Positions 27,701 to 40,778 of a stretch of 64,000 nt of DNA are shown piece by piece. The notes beneath the pieces were generated by a model. The model ran no database searches. It was not told the origin of the DNA and saw only the letters and a list, made by a program, of their open reading frames with translations. Made by a program: the position numbers and the translations under genes. Location: assembly GCA_048013815.1 (NCBI GenBank), contig CM106586.1, positions 3,038,001 through 3,102,000 of the forward strand, in the 5' to 3' direction. Each line of letters opens with the position of its first letter. Within the stretch, counting starts at the first letter, position 1. The DNA is from Setoptus koraiensis (taxonomy: Eukaryota; Animalia; Arthropoda).

Positions 27701-29165
27701 GACATCGGCTCTCAGCGGCAAGCTCTCGAGAGTTGGCTGCAAACCGGCTGGCAGCTCAAGTTGAGCCAAAACAATGCCGAGCGCAAACAGTGCCGAGCAG
27801 GCCGAGATTTAGCTCAGCCAGTGTCTTAACTAATTGTCGCCGGTCATCATCGCCATCAGCTGGCATGCAAAAACAGTTGTACAGGTAAATAGCTCAGTGC
27901 AGCCAGCAGCATGATGCTGGCGAGCTCGCTCGATCCAGCGCGCTCGATACGCAACCCAGTGGCGCCGTTGTTGTCGGTTGTTGCTGCTGTTGCGCTGGCC
28001 AATGTTGTCGGTTGTTGATGTTGCCGTTGCCGGTTGTTGCTGTTGCCGTTGCCGGTTGTTGCTGTTGCCGTTGCCGGTTGTTGCTGTTGCCGTTGCCGGT
28101 TGTTGCCGTTGTCAATGTTGCAGTGGGTGGGTGGCGAGCTCGGCGGCAGCGGCGGCGGCGGCGCAACGGCGGGCGAGGCGAGGCTAGGCGACGACTATTA
28201 TAAGAATTATAACCAAATTATGATTATTGTTGCAGCGAACGCAGGCGAGACAACCGACCAATTCTTTCTCTCTGGCTGCAAACTTTTTGCTTATAATAGT
28301 CACTGGCTGGCTGGCCGTTGTCATCATTGTAGCGTGGGTGCCAAAACATCGTAGTTGATTGAGTTGAGTGTCTCTGCCACCACCAACGCCGCCACCACCG
28401 CACAACAACAGCAACAACGACAACAGCAACGACGACAACAGCAACGACGACAACGACTGCAACAACAACGACGACAACAACGACGCCAAACCAAGACATA
28501 CCAGTGAACGTGACGCAAAAGCCCACAGCAAGTGAGTAAACATCACAGGTAATCACAGGTGAGCGTTGGCAGCATCATCTAGTTGGTTCGCGAGCAGCGA
28601 GCGGCCAGTCGGCATATTACATCAACACAAGATACATCATCAAATTCATTCAAATAATTTATTTATTTATCCCTCTCTCACTACACACACACACTCACAC
28701 ACTCACACACACACACACACACAAACTCGCACACACACAGTTGGTTCATAGTCGGTTCATAGTCGAGATTGGATCAATCGCGCGATTACATCATCATATC
28801 ATACAAGCCACACACATACATTAGAGAGCAACAGATTGATATCGAGCAACGCTCACTCGCACTCAGGTAAGACATTATACAGTCGCACAGATATACAGAT
28901 ATAAACATAATAAAAATAAAAACATTTCAGGCTGAGCCGGCGATGATTTATCATCCGAGTAGCCGAGCTATCGGGCGCGATTAACGTCGGCCGGCCAGTT
29001 TCATTGGTGTGATGGCCAATAGACTGGCAAACACACACTCCCGTTATTAATCTGTCCAACCTTCTCGGCGGCTCGGCAGCTCGGCACCGGCTAGAGAGGC
29101 TTCGTTGTCGAGACCATAAGCTAGCCAACAGGTTGCAAGTGTGTGTGTGTGTGTCTCTTATCCAG

Positions 29166-29469
29166 ATAGTGGGCAGGAGCATCACCATTAATGACCATCC
29201 TGAGACGACCACTGCCCAGGCTAGCTCGCCTGGCAATTAAACGGCCTAGCCAGCCAACGGTTAGCCAGTTAGTGAAAAGTGAATGAGAGAGAGAGTGAGA
29301 GAGTGAAATAACTAGACAGGTGAGCAGCAAGTGAACAACGAGCCAACAGGTGAACAGTTGAATAGGTGAACAGGTGAACAGGTGAATAGGCAAACAAGTA
29401 GTGAACAGCAACAGCAAGTGAAACGACGACGACTAACAAGTAAAAGTAACGGTAACACAGGTGAATATC
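29166..29469 (+). promoter_or_regulatory. Paralogue-conserved upstream cis-regulatory module with five ACAGGTG E-boxes
   Basis: Carries the same three blocks, in the same order and gene-relative orientation as 13699-13876. ACAGGTG at 29316, 29346, 29370, 29378 and 29457. Confidence 0.65.
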
Positions 29470-29605
29470 AGTGGTCATCACAGCATCTTTTTCGCGTCCA
29501 CCAATCTCTTGACTTTCTTCTTCTTCGTCTTCTTCTTCTCCGCTTACCTGTCTCATTCTGGCTTGTATCTGACGCACGCACAAACTTGATTGTCGCCACT
29601 AACCT

Positions 29606-29659
<54 letters not shown>

Positions 29660-29689
29660 ACAATACCCAAAAAACACCCAGTGATATTG

Positions 29690-30130
29690 ATATTTATTTA
29701 TACATTATATACTAATAGTAATAGTTATACTAGCGTGTCCACTATACTTGTGTATATATTTTATACGTATATGTATATACGTGTATGTATCTGTGTGTAA
29801 ATGTCCAGTACACACATATAGGTATCTAGGCATATAGTATATATATATTTATATTATATATATTTATATAAATACATATATATATATATACATATATTAG
29901 TATAAATATATATATATATATATTTGTATAGTCACACTATACCGTTATCGCACGCATATATATAAATATATATATATCTATATACATCATTGTTATATTG
30001 CTATATACATATCTATATATACGCGTTCGTGTAGATGCACTGATATATGCGCATTACCATTGACTAACCAAATCTAATAGCACTACCACTTATTATATTA
30101 TTATCTTTATTACTAATATTATTACTATTA
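29690..30130. repeat. AT-rich (TA)n-like low-complexity block upstream of the plus-strand cuticle-type gene
   Basis: Interrupted TA dinucleotide runs. A smaller equivalent lies at about 13300-13510, upstream of the paralogue. Confidence 0.85.
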
Positions 30131-30274
30131 TTGTTATGCAACAACAACAACAACAACTACTGCTACTTCGAAACGGCACGACACGACACGACCGACTCAA
30201 CAACATCAAACTAGCACCAGCCACAGCAAGCGTCATTGACAAGCAAGCAACAACGGCAGCAAGTTGTCGCGTTG

Positions 30275-30320
30275 AAAGTGTTTAAATACTTACATAAGAC
30301 AAAACAAATTAGTTACATTC
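30275..30320 (+). promoter_or_regulatory. Putative core promoter of the plus-strand cuticle-type gene (TTTAAATA + Inr-like TTAGTT, TSS about 30311)
   Basis: AAAGTGTTTAAATAC at 30275-30289 and TAGTTACATTC at 30310-30320 are shared with the paralogue. TATA-like start to Inr A is 30 nt. Confidence 0.55.
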
Positions 30321-30480
30321 ACGTCGTCAACGATAAACAACGTCGTCGCTAATTACTATTATATAGTAATATAGTAACACAGTATAATAATAACAATAAT
30401 TATATAACAACTCACTCAATTTAACTCACAAACAGACCACAATTTTACCATTTCACATTTACCACAGACGTACACACAAA

Positions 30481-32079
30481 ATGAAGTCCTTTATTGTCAC
30501 ATTAGTGACCATATCAGTTAGTGTTGCTATATTATGTAATTTCGTCAGCGCCAACGATCCCTACGGCTCTAGTGGCGGCGATTCGGGAGCCTCCGCTTAC
30601 GGTGCACAATCGTCAGGCGGCGAACAATATGGTTCGTCGGCGGGCGCATCGGGCGCCTACGGCAAATACTATGAGCCGCCCGTGGTAAAAGTCATCCATA
30701 AGACAGTACATATTCCAAAAGCTATTCCAACGCCAAAATACATACCAGTGCCCAAAATAATACCTGTACCAAAGACTGTGGCCGTGCCTCACCCGGTCCA
30801 TATTCCCGTCAAGGTACCCATCTATAAGCCAGTGAAGAAATACATTCCAGTGGCCAAGACAATACCGGTTCCAAAGCCAATACCCATTGCAAAACCATAC
30901 CCAGTTCAGGTGCCCGTGCCCGTAATTAAGCATCAGCCCGTGCCAGTTTACAAGCAAGTGGCCGTAGCTAAACCATACGGAGTGCCCGTCCCATACAAGG
31001 TCTACAAAGACCATCCGGTGCCTTACCCAAAAATTGTCCATGTTCCAAGACCGTACCCACAGCCATACAACGTACCAGTCTACAAGGAGATAGTTGTCAA
31101 AAAGCCCGTCGAAGTTCCTGTACCGTAAGTATTTAGTAGCGGTTTGTCGGACAATTTTGTCGGAAGTTTGCAAAAAGTTATCCAAACTTATCGCCGAGAT
31201 ATGACAAATATCGCGCCGGATATTTGTCGTAGACGATATTCATACATGAACATGAAATATATGAACGTGAAATATGTGAACATGAAATCAATATTCATGT
31301 GGCCGATCGAATGGCCGCTAGATGGCCGTTGGTGCCCATGTCGCACCGATCGTCCGCTACAACGTAGGCCAACAATCGGCTGTGACCCAGGTTACATAAC
31401 GGCAAACAGCAACGGTAGCGGTAGCAGCGTAATAGTAATGATAATGTCGTTGTCTCATTATGTTGTCTCTCGACAAACCAATGAATGGAGCCAATGAACT
31501 CGTCACTGTTGCCGCAACCTGTTGCTGATAATTATCGGTCTGTTTGAATGTTTGCCACCCGCCGGCGACCAAACAACTGCCAACAACTGCCAACTGCATA
31601 CAATAACTATAACCATAATAACTAATCAATCACTGTGTATTTATATTTATTTATCGTTTATTGTTACCGTGTAACGGAACAGTATCTACATTAAAAAGAA
31701 GCCAGTCTACCATCCACCAGCATACAAGACAGAATACAAGCCAGCTTACGGACACGAATCGAGCAGCTACGCCGGAAGCGGAGGTGACTACGCCAAAGGT
31801 AACTAACGCGACAAATTAAATATCTCATAATCATTATCCGCCTTCGAATGCAGCTGATCGCTGTGACTGGCCATTCTGTCGATATTTACGCACCATATTC
31901 ATGTATTTATGTATTATAATTTTTGCATTTTTGCAGCCGCCGCCAGCAACCAGGTCGTTCAAGCTGTCCAGCACCCAGCTCTAGCCAACGGACAACAACA
32001 ACAACAGGCTGAGGCCAGCAACAAACAACAAGTGGCTGTCGCTGCACCAACTCAACAACAACAACAACAAAAGAGTTGA
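30481..32079 (+). CDS. Secreted Pro/Val/Tyr/Lys-rich low-complexity cuticular-type protein (CPLCP-like), 3 exons, about 300 aa, Gln/Ala-rich C-terminus
   Basis: Exons 30481-31124, 31683-31798 and 31937-32079, all with canonical GT-AG junctions in matching phases (2, then 1). Reads MKSFIVTLVTISVSVAILCNFVSANDPYGSS...KKPVEVPVP|IYIKKKPVYHPPAYKTEYKPAYGHESSSY...AK|AAASNQ...QQQQKS*. The N-terminus is nearly identical to the minus-strand paralogue. Confidence 0.88.
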
Positions 32080-33249
32080 TTTAATTAATTGCAGGACCAC
32101 AACAACAACATCGACAACAACAACAGCAACAACAACGACAACATTTGACTAATTGTCTGATGGGCAAACAGGCGCAACAGCAACAACTAATGACACTGCC
32201 AATTGATTAACATCCAGTAATTATATTATTACATGTTTCTGTGTTCTGTAGCCTATGACGACTACCAGCAACAACAACAACAACACAACAACAACAACAA
32301 CATCCGAACAACGACAACATCCAAACAAGACACAAAGCAAACAACAGCCCCTAGTCTATATAAAGAAAGATAATTTAAATTTAACGACGCTTGCTGCACG
32401 TACCATTTATTACAAACGAATATTATTTTTTGAAGGATTAAGGCCCATCATAATTGAGATATTTATCTTATTTCGATGAAAAATAAATAATAATAAATGA
32501 ACGTTTATCAACGGTCGCTAACATATTGAACCTGCACGTCTGTCCATTTTATCTCTTGCGTTTCTTCTGCTTCTCATCGCATCACTTTGTGTGTCATCGC
32601 CTGATCGTGTTTGTATCCAGTTACGACTGTATGCGATTTGTATTTGTATTTCATGAAAATTTGTTGTTGTTTACAACTGTTTTCACAATTTTGACAATAT
32701 TCACATTTTTCCGGCGATTGCGAGCAATCACTAGCGGGGATTCTTGCACAAATGAGAGCGACTAATTCGTATATATCAGCGTTATATAATAGTAGCAGAC
32801 GGTCACGAGGATAGCTAATTTTTAAATTGTCAATTGTTGAATTGTACAGTGCAGCACAGTGCCAGAACAGATGAACAAGCGATTGTCGTAATTGATGTAA
32901 ACGAGTTCAGACGTCAATTGATAGACACAAAATATGCGAAATATTGACGACATATCAGTGTGACATGATCAATGGTGACATTGTGGCGATTCTGGCGACT
33001 CGTTGTATAATTTCGTAGTGACAATTGGTGCAACATGGATTCATCTTGATCCTCGTCGGCGGGATCGCCACTCGATGGCAACATTGAGTGTCAGTTTCGT
33101 TTAGTGATCTCGAACATCGAGGATAAAGATGAGCCCACGGTTCACCATTTGCCGCTACAGTCAATTTTACAGCGAGTGGCACAGAATTACGACAGCCTTC
33201 GATCGACACTACTGATGGAAATCCGATGATTGCACAATTTTTAAAACAT

Positions 33250-34160
33250 TCAATTGGTTCGGGATAAGACAACATATACGTATATTGTGGCCACAATCAG
33301 CAGGATCAAGCTGGTATCGCGGCCAGCGCTCGTTGAGTTGGCTGCTCGTTGGATGGATGATAATGGAGCGATAATAATAAAAAAAAACGGGATAAAGGTC
33401 AGACGGGTGAAACAGATAGTGACATTAAATGAGATTGATTGCGCAAAGATACGTTGGGTAAGTGCCATAATGGGTGTCAGTAGAGAGCATAATCAGACTA
33501 TCGAGCATTGAGGGTACTAACCGACAACGGTCATATATATCTCGAGATTATCCGTTTGAAAGTCATTGGCCGTCACCTCGCATCTGTATCGGCCGCTGGT
33601 GTCACTTGTAGTATTGGTTAGGACAATGGTTTGATTGCGCGACTTGGACAGCTAAATGGATTTACATTTTAGATTGTGTAGATTTTAGATTGTTTAGATG
33701 TTAGATTATTTCGTAGATTCGTATGACAAAGCAATTAATTAGTGCTGTTAGTGGTGGCCTTGGCGAACGCACAAATCAACGACAAAAACAACGACTGACT
33801 AGCTCAAGATAAATAGTCAATGATTAACAGATTATGGGCAGATTATTTGATTAATTGATCAACTTACGTCTACATGAACTCCAGTGCGATTAAACACAAG
33901 CACCGAGCGCCTATCGTAGGGCTGATAACGGTAAAATTCCCTTCCATTCTTATACCAGGCAAGCGATTGTAATTTGTTATTTTCCGGATCGAACAGGCAT
34001 TTCAGTGAGGCCAATTGGCCCTGTTTTATCTCAACAGGTACCTCTATTCTCACCAATCTAAGGCAATGGGCATAACGGATAAAAGTGAAGCTAGCGTGAA
34101 ACTTAAATAGATGGTAGCGGCCCAGCAGAGCGGCCTCAGATAGCCAGTGCCAGAGTGCGC
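33250..34160 (-). CDS. Beaten path (Beat) family Ig-domain cell-surface/secreted protein (core exons)
   Basis: Reads LRLVRIEVP...ASLKCLFDPENNKLQSLAWYKNGREFYRYQP...GVHVD | LSKSRNQTIVLTNTTSDTSGRYRCEVTANDFQTDNLEIYMTVV, the typical first Ig domain of Beat. Exons about 34160-33868 (5' boundary uncertain) and 33651-33522. A probable terminal exon at 33341-33250 encodes a hydrophobic, GPI-signal-like tail. Confidence 0.82.
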
Positions 34161-36779
34161 CTAATTTGACAATTCCATCGATGGATTTGGTGGTGTTGTT
34201 GTGCAACTGTGGTGACGTTGTTGTGGCGCTGGCATTTAAATAATTAGAATAATTAATACTCATAGAAATATCACCCTGTCTTTTTGTTGATTGGTCCTCG
34301 TAGTTGCTGGCCAAGTGAACATGACGAGCGTCCGAATGTTTGGTGCCGTCCGAAGAGTTTGCCAGCCGGTTGGCGGGCGCCGGCGAGTTTATCAGGGCCG
34401 CATTGGCTGCATTGGTGATTCAATAAACAGGGGATAACGGTTAGTTCATTGCTCGGATAAATCCATCGGAAGCGCAGTCATTGGTTGTTACGATGAATGG
34501 AGATTACAATTAGCAACTCACAGTTGTCAGATACTTATCGTGACAATGACACACTCGACATTTAGACTGCCGTTATTATTGGCCCAATTCTAGTCTGTAC
34601 TGGGCTGAGATTTTCAATGGGGGCCCAATTGCAGCGTGCTGTGTCAACGTGGCTCATTTGCTTATTTGATCTCGTGTGATATTATTAGGTAAACGTTATA
34701 TATTATTAGGACAACAGTGTTAGCCATGGGCGCTGACTGATTAGCGTGACTAGACTGGCACTAATCAGCCGACAAGAAACTGGCACAGATTTTTATTTGC
34801 ACACACACGCACACACACATTGATTGTTTTTGCTAAGCTGGGGCCTCATTACCAGCATAATGGGCTCCGATGGGCCCCAACTGGGCGCAGCGATAGTCAG
34901 CCGTTTAACTATTGATAGATGAGTTAACTGGGGCCACTCCGCGTGCAGTAGCAATATTATGCAATGTGTTGAGGCCCGAGGCGACAATTGCGCAACTATG
35001 GCAACATTATACATACACAGTATATGCGCCATGGCTCGGCCTCACAATTGACACTCTGTTACAGCAAACTCAGAATAAACTAAGATTGCAAAATAAGACA
35101 AGAAAAACTGCATTGCGCAATCAAGAGCTGCCAGTGCCCGGCTGGGGCCCGGTCAAACTCGACTGTCACACATGTGACATATGATATGTCGAATTGGAGG
35201 CATTTTTGGGGTACACCGGGGTATTTGCAGGTCGCGAATAGTACTAGCGCATGTTAAACTGCTGCGGGGCCCCTCCCAGTTGCGATCACTGGGGTACCCC
35301 CGGCCGGTACTGTTATTTGGGCACTGTTTGTTATATGCTACTTATTAGTATACTTATTAGTGCGACTTGCCAGCGGTTACGAGCAAGTATAAAATCTATA
35401 ATGCCTCGGGATGTCGCGCGCACTCAGCCGGCTGTGAGACAGATTATTATCTGACGATGGGGCCCGCATTAACAGTTATTATCTTGAGTTCGGTAGCGGC
35501 AGCGTTGTCATTAGTTTATATATTTATTATTAGCTAATAATAATATGAACAAGTGGTATTCGAGGCAAGATTTTATCTAATAATTGCCAAGAGATAATTC
35601 CTCGTGTGTGTGTGTGCGCGCGCGTTGAGCCGGCTGCAAAAAGTGATGAGTGCGGCCGGGGGCCCCGTTCACGCGTGAACTTCGCACACGACTATTCACA
35701 CATAAATCCATTATAAGTCGGCCTAAAAGCAGTTACACTGACACTTTTGAGCGGCGCGTGGCGCCGCAAGCGCTCCACTGTCGCCGGGCCGCTGCACCAA
35801 CCGGCCCAAGTAGCCCGAAACAGTGGGACTAGCCCGAGCACAGTGCGAACCAGTGCGAAATAGCCCGAACTATTGAGAAATAGCCCGAACTAGTGCGAAC
35901 CAGAGCGAAATGGTCCGAAATAGTCCGACGGCAAATTGACGAATTAGCGATTGTTTGACGCACTCGCTGGCCGTTGTTGTTTGTTGGCCGGCGGGCGGCG
36001 GGCGCCGTCGCAACGGATAATCGGATCAGCGAGCAGCCGACGATTCAATTTTCAATCGCGTGCTCGAGTCCAATAACTGCGCTGGAGGCCGGTCAACGCA
36101 GCCACTGCTGGCTGGCTGGCTGTGATTTACGCAAGACGACGGCTTGGCGAATGTGGCCCAATATTGGCCCGCATTCAGCAAGCCGTGCGCGTTCATTAAC
36201 GAGCTGGCCAATCGGATTTGCGCCAGTGGCTGGTGTTATCAGCGAGTGACAAACCAGATTTGCGCCGGCTCGAGCCGTATCGACATTGCGGGCCTCTCGG
36301 CTTTGGCCGGGCTGCATAACTGCGCCGCTGGCCGCCGGTTACAAATGGTGCAAATTCATGATTACGAGCAGACAGCGTTTTACTCGCGAGCACCCGAGAT
36401 GATAGAGTGTCCTCTGGGTGCATGAATGGGGCCCATTCTAGTGGTCAGTGGCTAGACTGCTGCTTTATCGTTTTTAATGCAATAACGGTGTTGTTGTCGC
36501 CACCAGCGACTAGCGACGGACAACAACAACTTCGCTCATTGTTGTTGTCCATTGTCCAGTTGGCGGGCGACGCTGGCCACTCGGCGGCCCGCACTCCGCC
36601 CGGCGAGCCCCGCGCCCGAGCACCGGCCCCGTTCAGCCGGCGACAGCCAGACCAGACTAGAAAACTAACTGCCGTTTGGTGCCATACGCCGAGACTTGGT
36701 AAGTATATCAATCTTTATTGGATATTACATTATCTGGCCGGCTATTAGTGGGGCCGATTATTCCTGCCCCTGCCAGCGA

Positions 36780-36831
36780 GTGTGTGTGTGTGTGTGTATG
36801 TGTGTGTGTGTGTCTGCGTGTGTCTGTCTGT

Positions 36832-36888
<57 letters not shown>
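36780..36888. repeat. Imperfect (GT)n microsatellite
   Basis: Read directly from the sequence. Confidence 0.97.
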
Positions 36889-36891
<3 letters not shown>

Positions 36892-39353
36892 CGTCCCTGC
36901 GGGCCGGGCCGCACAAAACTGCCCACATAAAACTGCGGCCCGTGCGACTGGCCGCACTTTCCGCTGGCCCCATTTCCGCCGCTGGCGAGATGGGCCTGTA
37001 CGCGCCGACCCGTGCACGATCGCGGCGCGCCGTTCCACACCTCTGCGGGACCGTTCTAGGGATCGCCCATTGGCCCGTTCTAGGAATCACCCTTTGGCAC
37101 GTTGGCCCGTCCGCGCGTCGCCCGTTCGCCCATTTGTGGCCGCTGGCCGGTGTCCAGCGGGCAGCAAATGTGCGGACACTTTCGGGGAAATTTTCCATTT
37201 GAGGCGTGCCGGGCCCCACTAACAGTGTGTGTGTGGGGGAGGCCGACTTTGAATAATGGCGCGCACACTAAATATAGATTAATGATCTTGTTTGTGTCTC
37301 TTGTGTTGCTGTCACACAACCCGAACCAGTCGATCGTCGGCCCGCCAGACGGCACAACAAAACAAAGCAAAGCGAAGCAACGGAGCACTGTTACATAACA
37401 CTGCTGATTTCTGACTTGTGAGCTGGCTGCTGCAATCACAAATGAGCCGTACGTATTATGTAACCAATTGCCAAAACAACAAGCGTGCCCAAGTAGCCGA
37501 GGCTCAACCGTTGTCGCTGTCACTGTCGGTGTTGCTGTCACTGTCGGTGTTGCCGTCGGTGTTGTCGGCGCCGTCTTTGCCTCTGACAGACCGGCCAGCG
37601 TGCGAGCGGCACCCAACGAGCCACCGCTGTTGCGCAACCATCGGGCCGCCGCCGTTGCGCAACCATCGGGCCGCCGGCTGACAGCGGCCATCGAGCCATT
37701 CGGCCATTTGCATATGTGTGTGTGTGTGGGCGCATGAATAATGGGGCCAGTTACTTATAAGCACGACAGTGTGCGAGCTGGCTGTCATCAGTCATCAAAG
37801 TTGATCAGCGCTTAAGTGTCGCTTGACTCCCGCCAATGAGGGGCCTCGCGCAACCCGTGAAAGTGGGGCCACCAACTCTGGCCTGTCCGGCTTCCGTTCG
37901 CGCCCCTACAATCACTGTGCCGCTGCAATCACTGCGCCGCTGGATAATGGGCGATGGGGGCCCCCTCACCTATTATCCGGCCGGCCGAGCACTTGACTCT
38001 TAATGGTCGCTTGACGCCAGCCGGCCGGCCGGCTCTGCGCACACCCTGTAAATAACCGATCCGCGAACGGCTCCCTCGGTTATCCGCTCGCTGGGCCCCC
38101 GTCCGCGGCCTTTCCGGCTCGCGCGTCACCGGCGACACATTCGCCCGTTAGCGGTGACATTTGGCTGCGGTCGGGCGGCAATTTGCGGCCAGTTTGTCGC
38201 GCCAAATCACGGCCCCGGCACGAGCGCCCTTGACAACCGGGCCTCCGCTTGGGGGCCCGGCTGTCGTTTGCGGGCACCGTTGGCAGTGAATGATGGTGCG
38301 CCCGTGCACAATGGCGCCGCTGCGGTTTCGGGGCGCCAAACGGGCAGCGAGGAGCGCCAGACGAGCAAACGAGCAAACGTGAAACGGCAACACTTGCTCG
38401 TTTTGCGGTTTTCACCCAGTTTCGGCCGCTTGGCTGGCAGCCATTTCTGGGCCCGTTACCTGGCAACTGGCGGCGCGCATCGGAATCATTGTTTGTCGGG
38501 GGCGCCAATTGCAAAGTTGACGACAACAATAATATTAATAGTGATAGTAATGATGATGACAATAACAACGATGGCAATCCGAGGCTCGCAAGTGGCCGCG
38601 TGCCCATCGCTTACGTAATCGGGCGACATTTGCATGCCGCCAGCCTGCCAAACGCTCAAGTTTGGCGGTGGGGGGGGGGCGGCCGGATATCACGCATTGT
38701 GCGAGCTGTCACGGGCGCGCCGGCGAGCAAAATTTACCTGCCGATCACACACAAACTGGCAATGAGGCGCCACTTTTATCCGTCGCTCTCACTGCCGGCC
38801 GCTGACACGAAATTGGCACGAACACACTTATTATTATTATTATACACTCATTGCACGCGCATTGCTGGCGCCCCAATGGCGGGGAACCCCAATTACAGGC
38901 AGCCGAAGCAGCGATGGCACAATTGCGAGTTGTTGTTGTCGTTGTTGCCGTTGTCAATGGATTGGCGCATTGTTCGGCAAACAATCAATTTACTATTAAT
39001 GCTGGCCGCAACGAGCGGCGCCCCAACCGCGTCAATCGCAACCAATGAATCGATTGTCGCCAGTCATTAATCTGGCCGCAAGTTGTCGCCGCGCGCCAGT
39101 TTGCGTGCATTTTTGCACGCGCACGCGAGACCCATCGCGCGAGGGGCCCCTCTCAATTTGTCGATAATTGTTTGGCTTTAAATATCCGTTATCCGCGCTA
39201 CACACAACTGCGCATATTTACATTTGGAGCCATTTGGCGCTGTAAGAGCCAGGTTAATGGTTCGTCGATTTATCCGGGGCCCCTTATTTATTTCTCGCGT
39301 CTGGGGCGCACGTCGGCTTGCGGCGGCGACACGGCGCCGTGTCGCCGCGATTG

Positions 39354-39447
39354 CTTTCGCGTTCTCGAGTTCTCGCGTTTTCGCGTTTTCGCGTTTTCGC
39401 GTTCTCGAGTTCTCGCGTTTTCGCGTTTTCGCGTTCTCGCGTTCTCC
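39354..39447. repeat. 8-bp minisatellite (TTTTCGCG/TTCTCGCG/TTCTCGAG) x about 11
   Basis: Read directly from the sequence. Confidence 0.92.
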
Positions 39448-40411
39448 GGCTCGCCCGCTTCGAGCGAGCTGCCGGCAGCGCAGTGATACAAGTGTTTGGA
39501 AGGGGCAAAAGTCCAAAGTGGCCGACCTCTGCCCGACTGGATTACCGTGTCGCGCCCGCAAGAATATATTGTCGAGACGAGCGAGATTATCGCCGGTGAA
39601 TTGCTCGTCTCGGCGTCGGGGCGCCAGCCAGCGTCTAGCTGGCGCGGCTTATGTACGCTGAATAATCTAATAATATTTGAATAATAATAAGAGATGAGAT
39701 ATTCACATATATACGTATATAAATATATATATGCCGTGGCATTTAATGAGCAGGCCGCAAACCAGCGGCGGCCAAAATTGCCAATTCAAGCCCAACTCGA
39801 GCCGCTCGTTTAGCCAGTTTAGACTCTAAACTTTACAGTGCGAGCGCCCTTTTTATTCCGGGCAGGGGGCCCCGCTTGAGCGGAAGGGCCCCAGCCGATC
39901 AGCTGACTGTCTGATGAGAGTGGTCGCATTAAGTAGGCGCGCGGCATGACATCTTGGCGCGAGTCGCAGCCGCTCCTATTCGCAGGCTCCGAGGGTTAAA
40001 TCGTAACGGTTGGCACGGGCCCGCGTTCGGCCGCTTGTTCCGCCGGCTTCGCTCGTTCCGCCGGCTTCGCTCATCTCGCCCGTTTCGCTAGTTGTTTGGG
40101 GCCAGTTCGGAAGTTGGCCCAGTTGTTTTAGTTTTAAACTGGCTTCTTAGGGGGCTTAGGCTCAATTTCGGTTTTGCTTTTTGTCGCTCGCTCACTAACA
40201 CCTTTGTGTGTCATTACTGTCATTGTGCTGCTGTTTGTTGCCAACGCAAGCTCGCGCGATATGCAAATTAGTTGGCGCGCCCAAGACAAGCGAGCGATTT
40301 TAGATTTGAGCGGGTGATAAATCTGAGATCTGGCTTGATGGGTCCCCAATCCCGAATGGCAATCAGAGCGCGCGTTGCTCAACAACATGCAAACAAGTCG
40401 AGCTGGGGCCC

Positions 40412-40471
40412 CTTTGCGAGTCTTTGCGAGTCTTTGCGAGTCTTTGCGAGTCTTTGCAAGTCTTTGCAAGT
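40412..40471. repeat. 10-bp minisatellite (CTTTGCGAGT) x6
   Basis: Read directly from the sequence; the last two units are CTTTGCAAGT. Confidence 0.93.
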
Positions 40472-40743
40472 GGCGCACGCGAGACGAAGAGCGCATTAGG
40501 GTGCGGGGGCTCCTTGTTGCAATCTCTTGCTCGAGATAAACTGAAAAGATAAATATGACCATACATTTTGTCGTCGTCGTCGTCTATTACATGTTACGCG
40601 GCAGCACAATAACAACAACAAACATGACAGACACAGAGAACAAAGAGATGAGTTTAAAAATAATGATAATTATAGTTAACTAAACATGACAGCGCCGAGA
40701 GTGGAAACTTTAGTAAACTTTGCCAGTTTGTCTGTCGTTGCTG

Positions 40744-40778
<35 letters not shown>

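Noticed and set aside
5800-29700. Dozens of track ORFs rich in poly-C/V/L/Q/T or HT/CV dipeptides
   Set aside because: They are translations of (GTT)n, (CAA)n and (GT)n microsatellites, open in several frames and on both strands, mostly with non-ATG starts and no domain. The real exons at 11771-12735 are the exception.
33859-34314. Track ORF as the complete N-terminus of the Beat-like protein
   Set aside because: It starts at TTG and its first 50 or so residues are not signal-like. It also reads into the intron at 33867.
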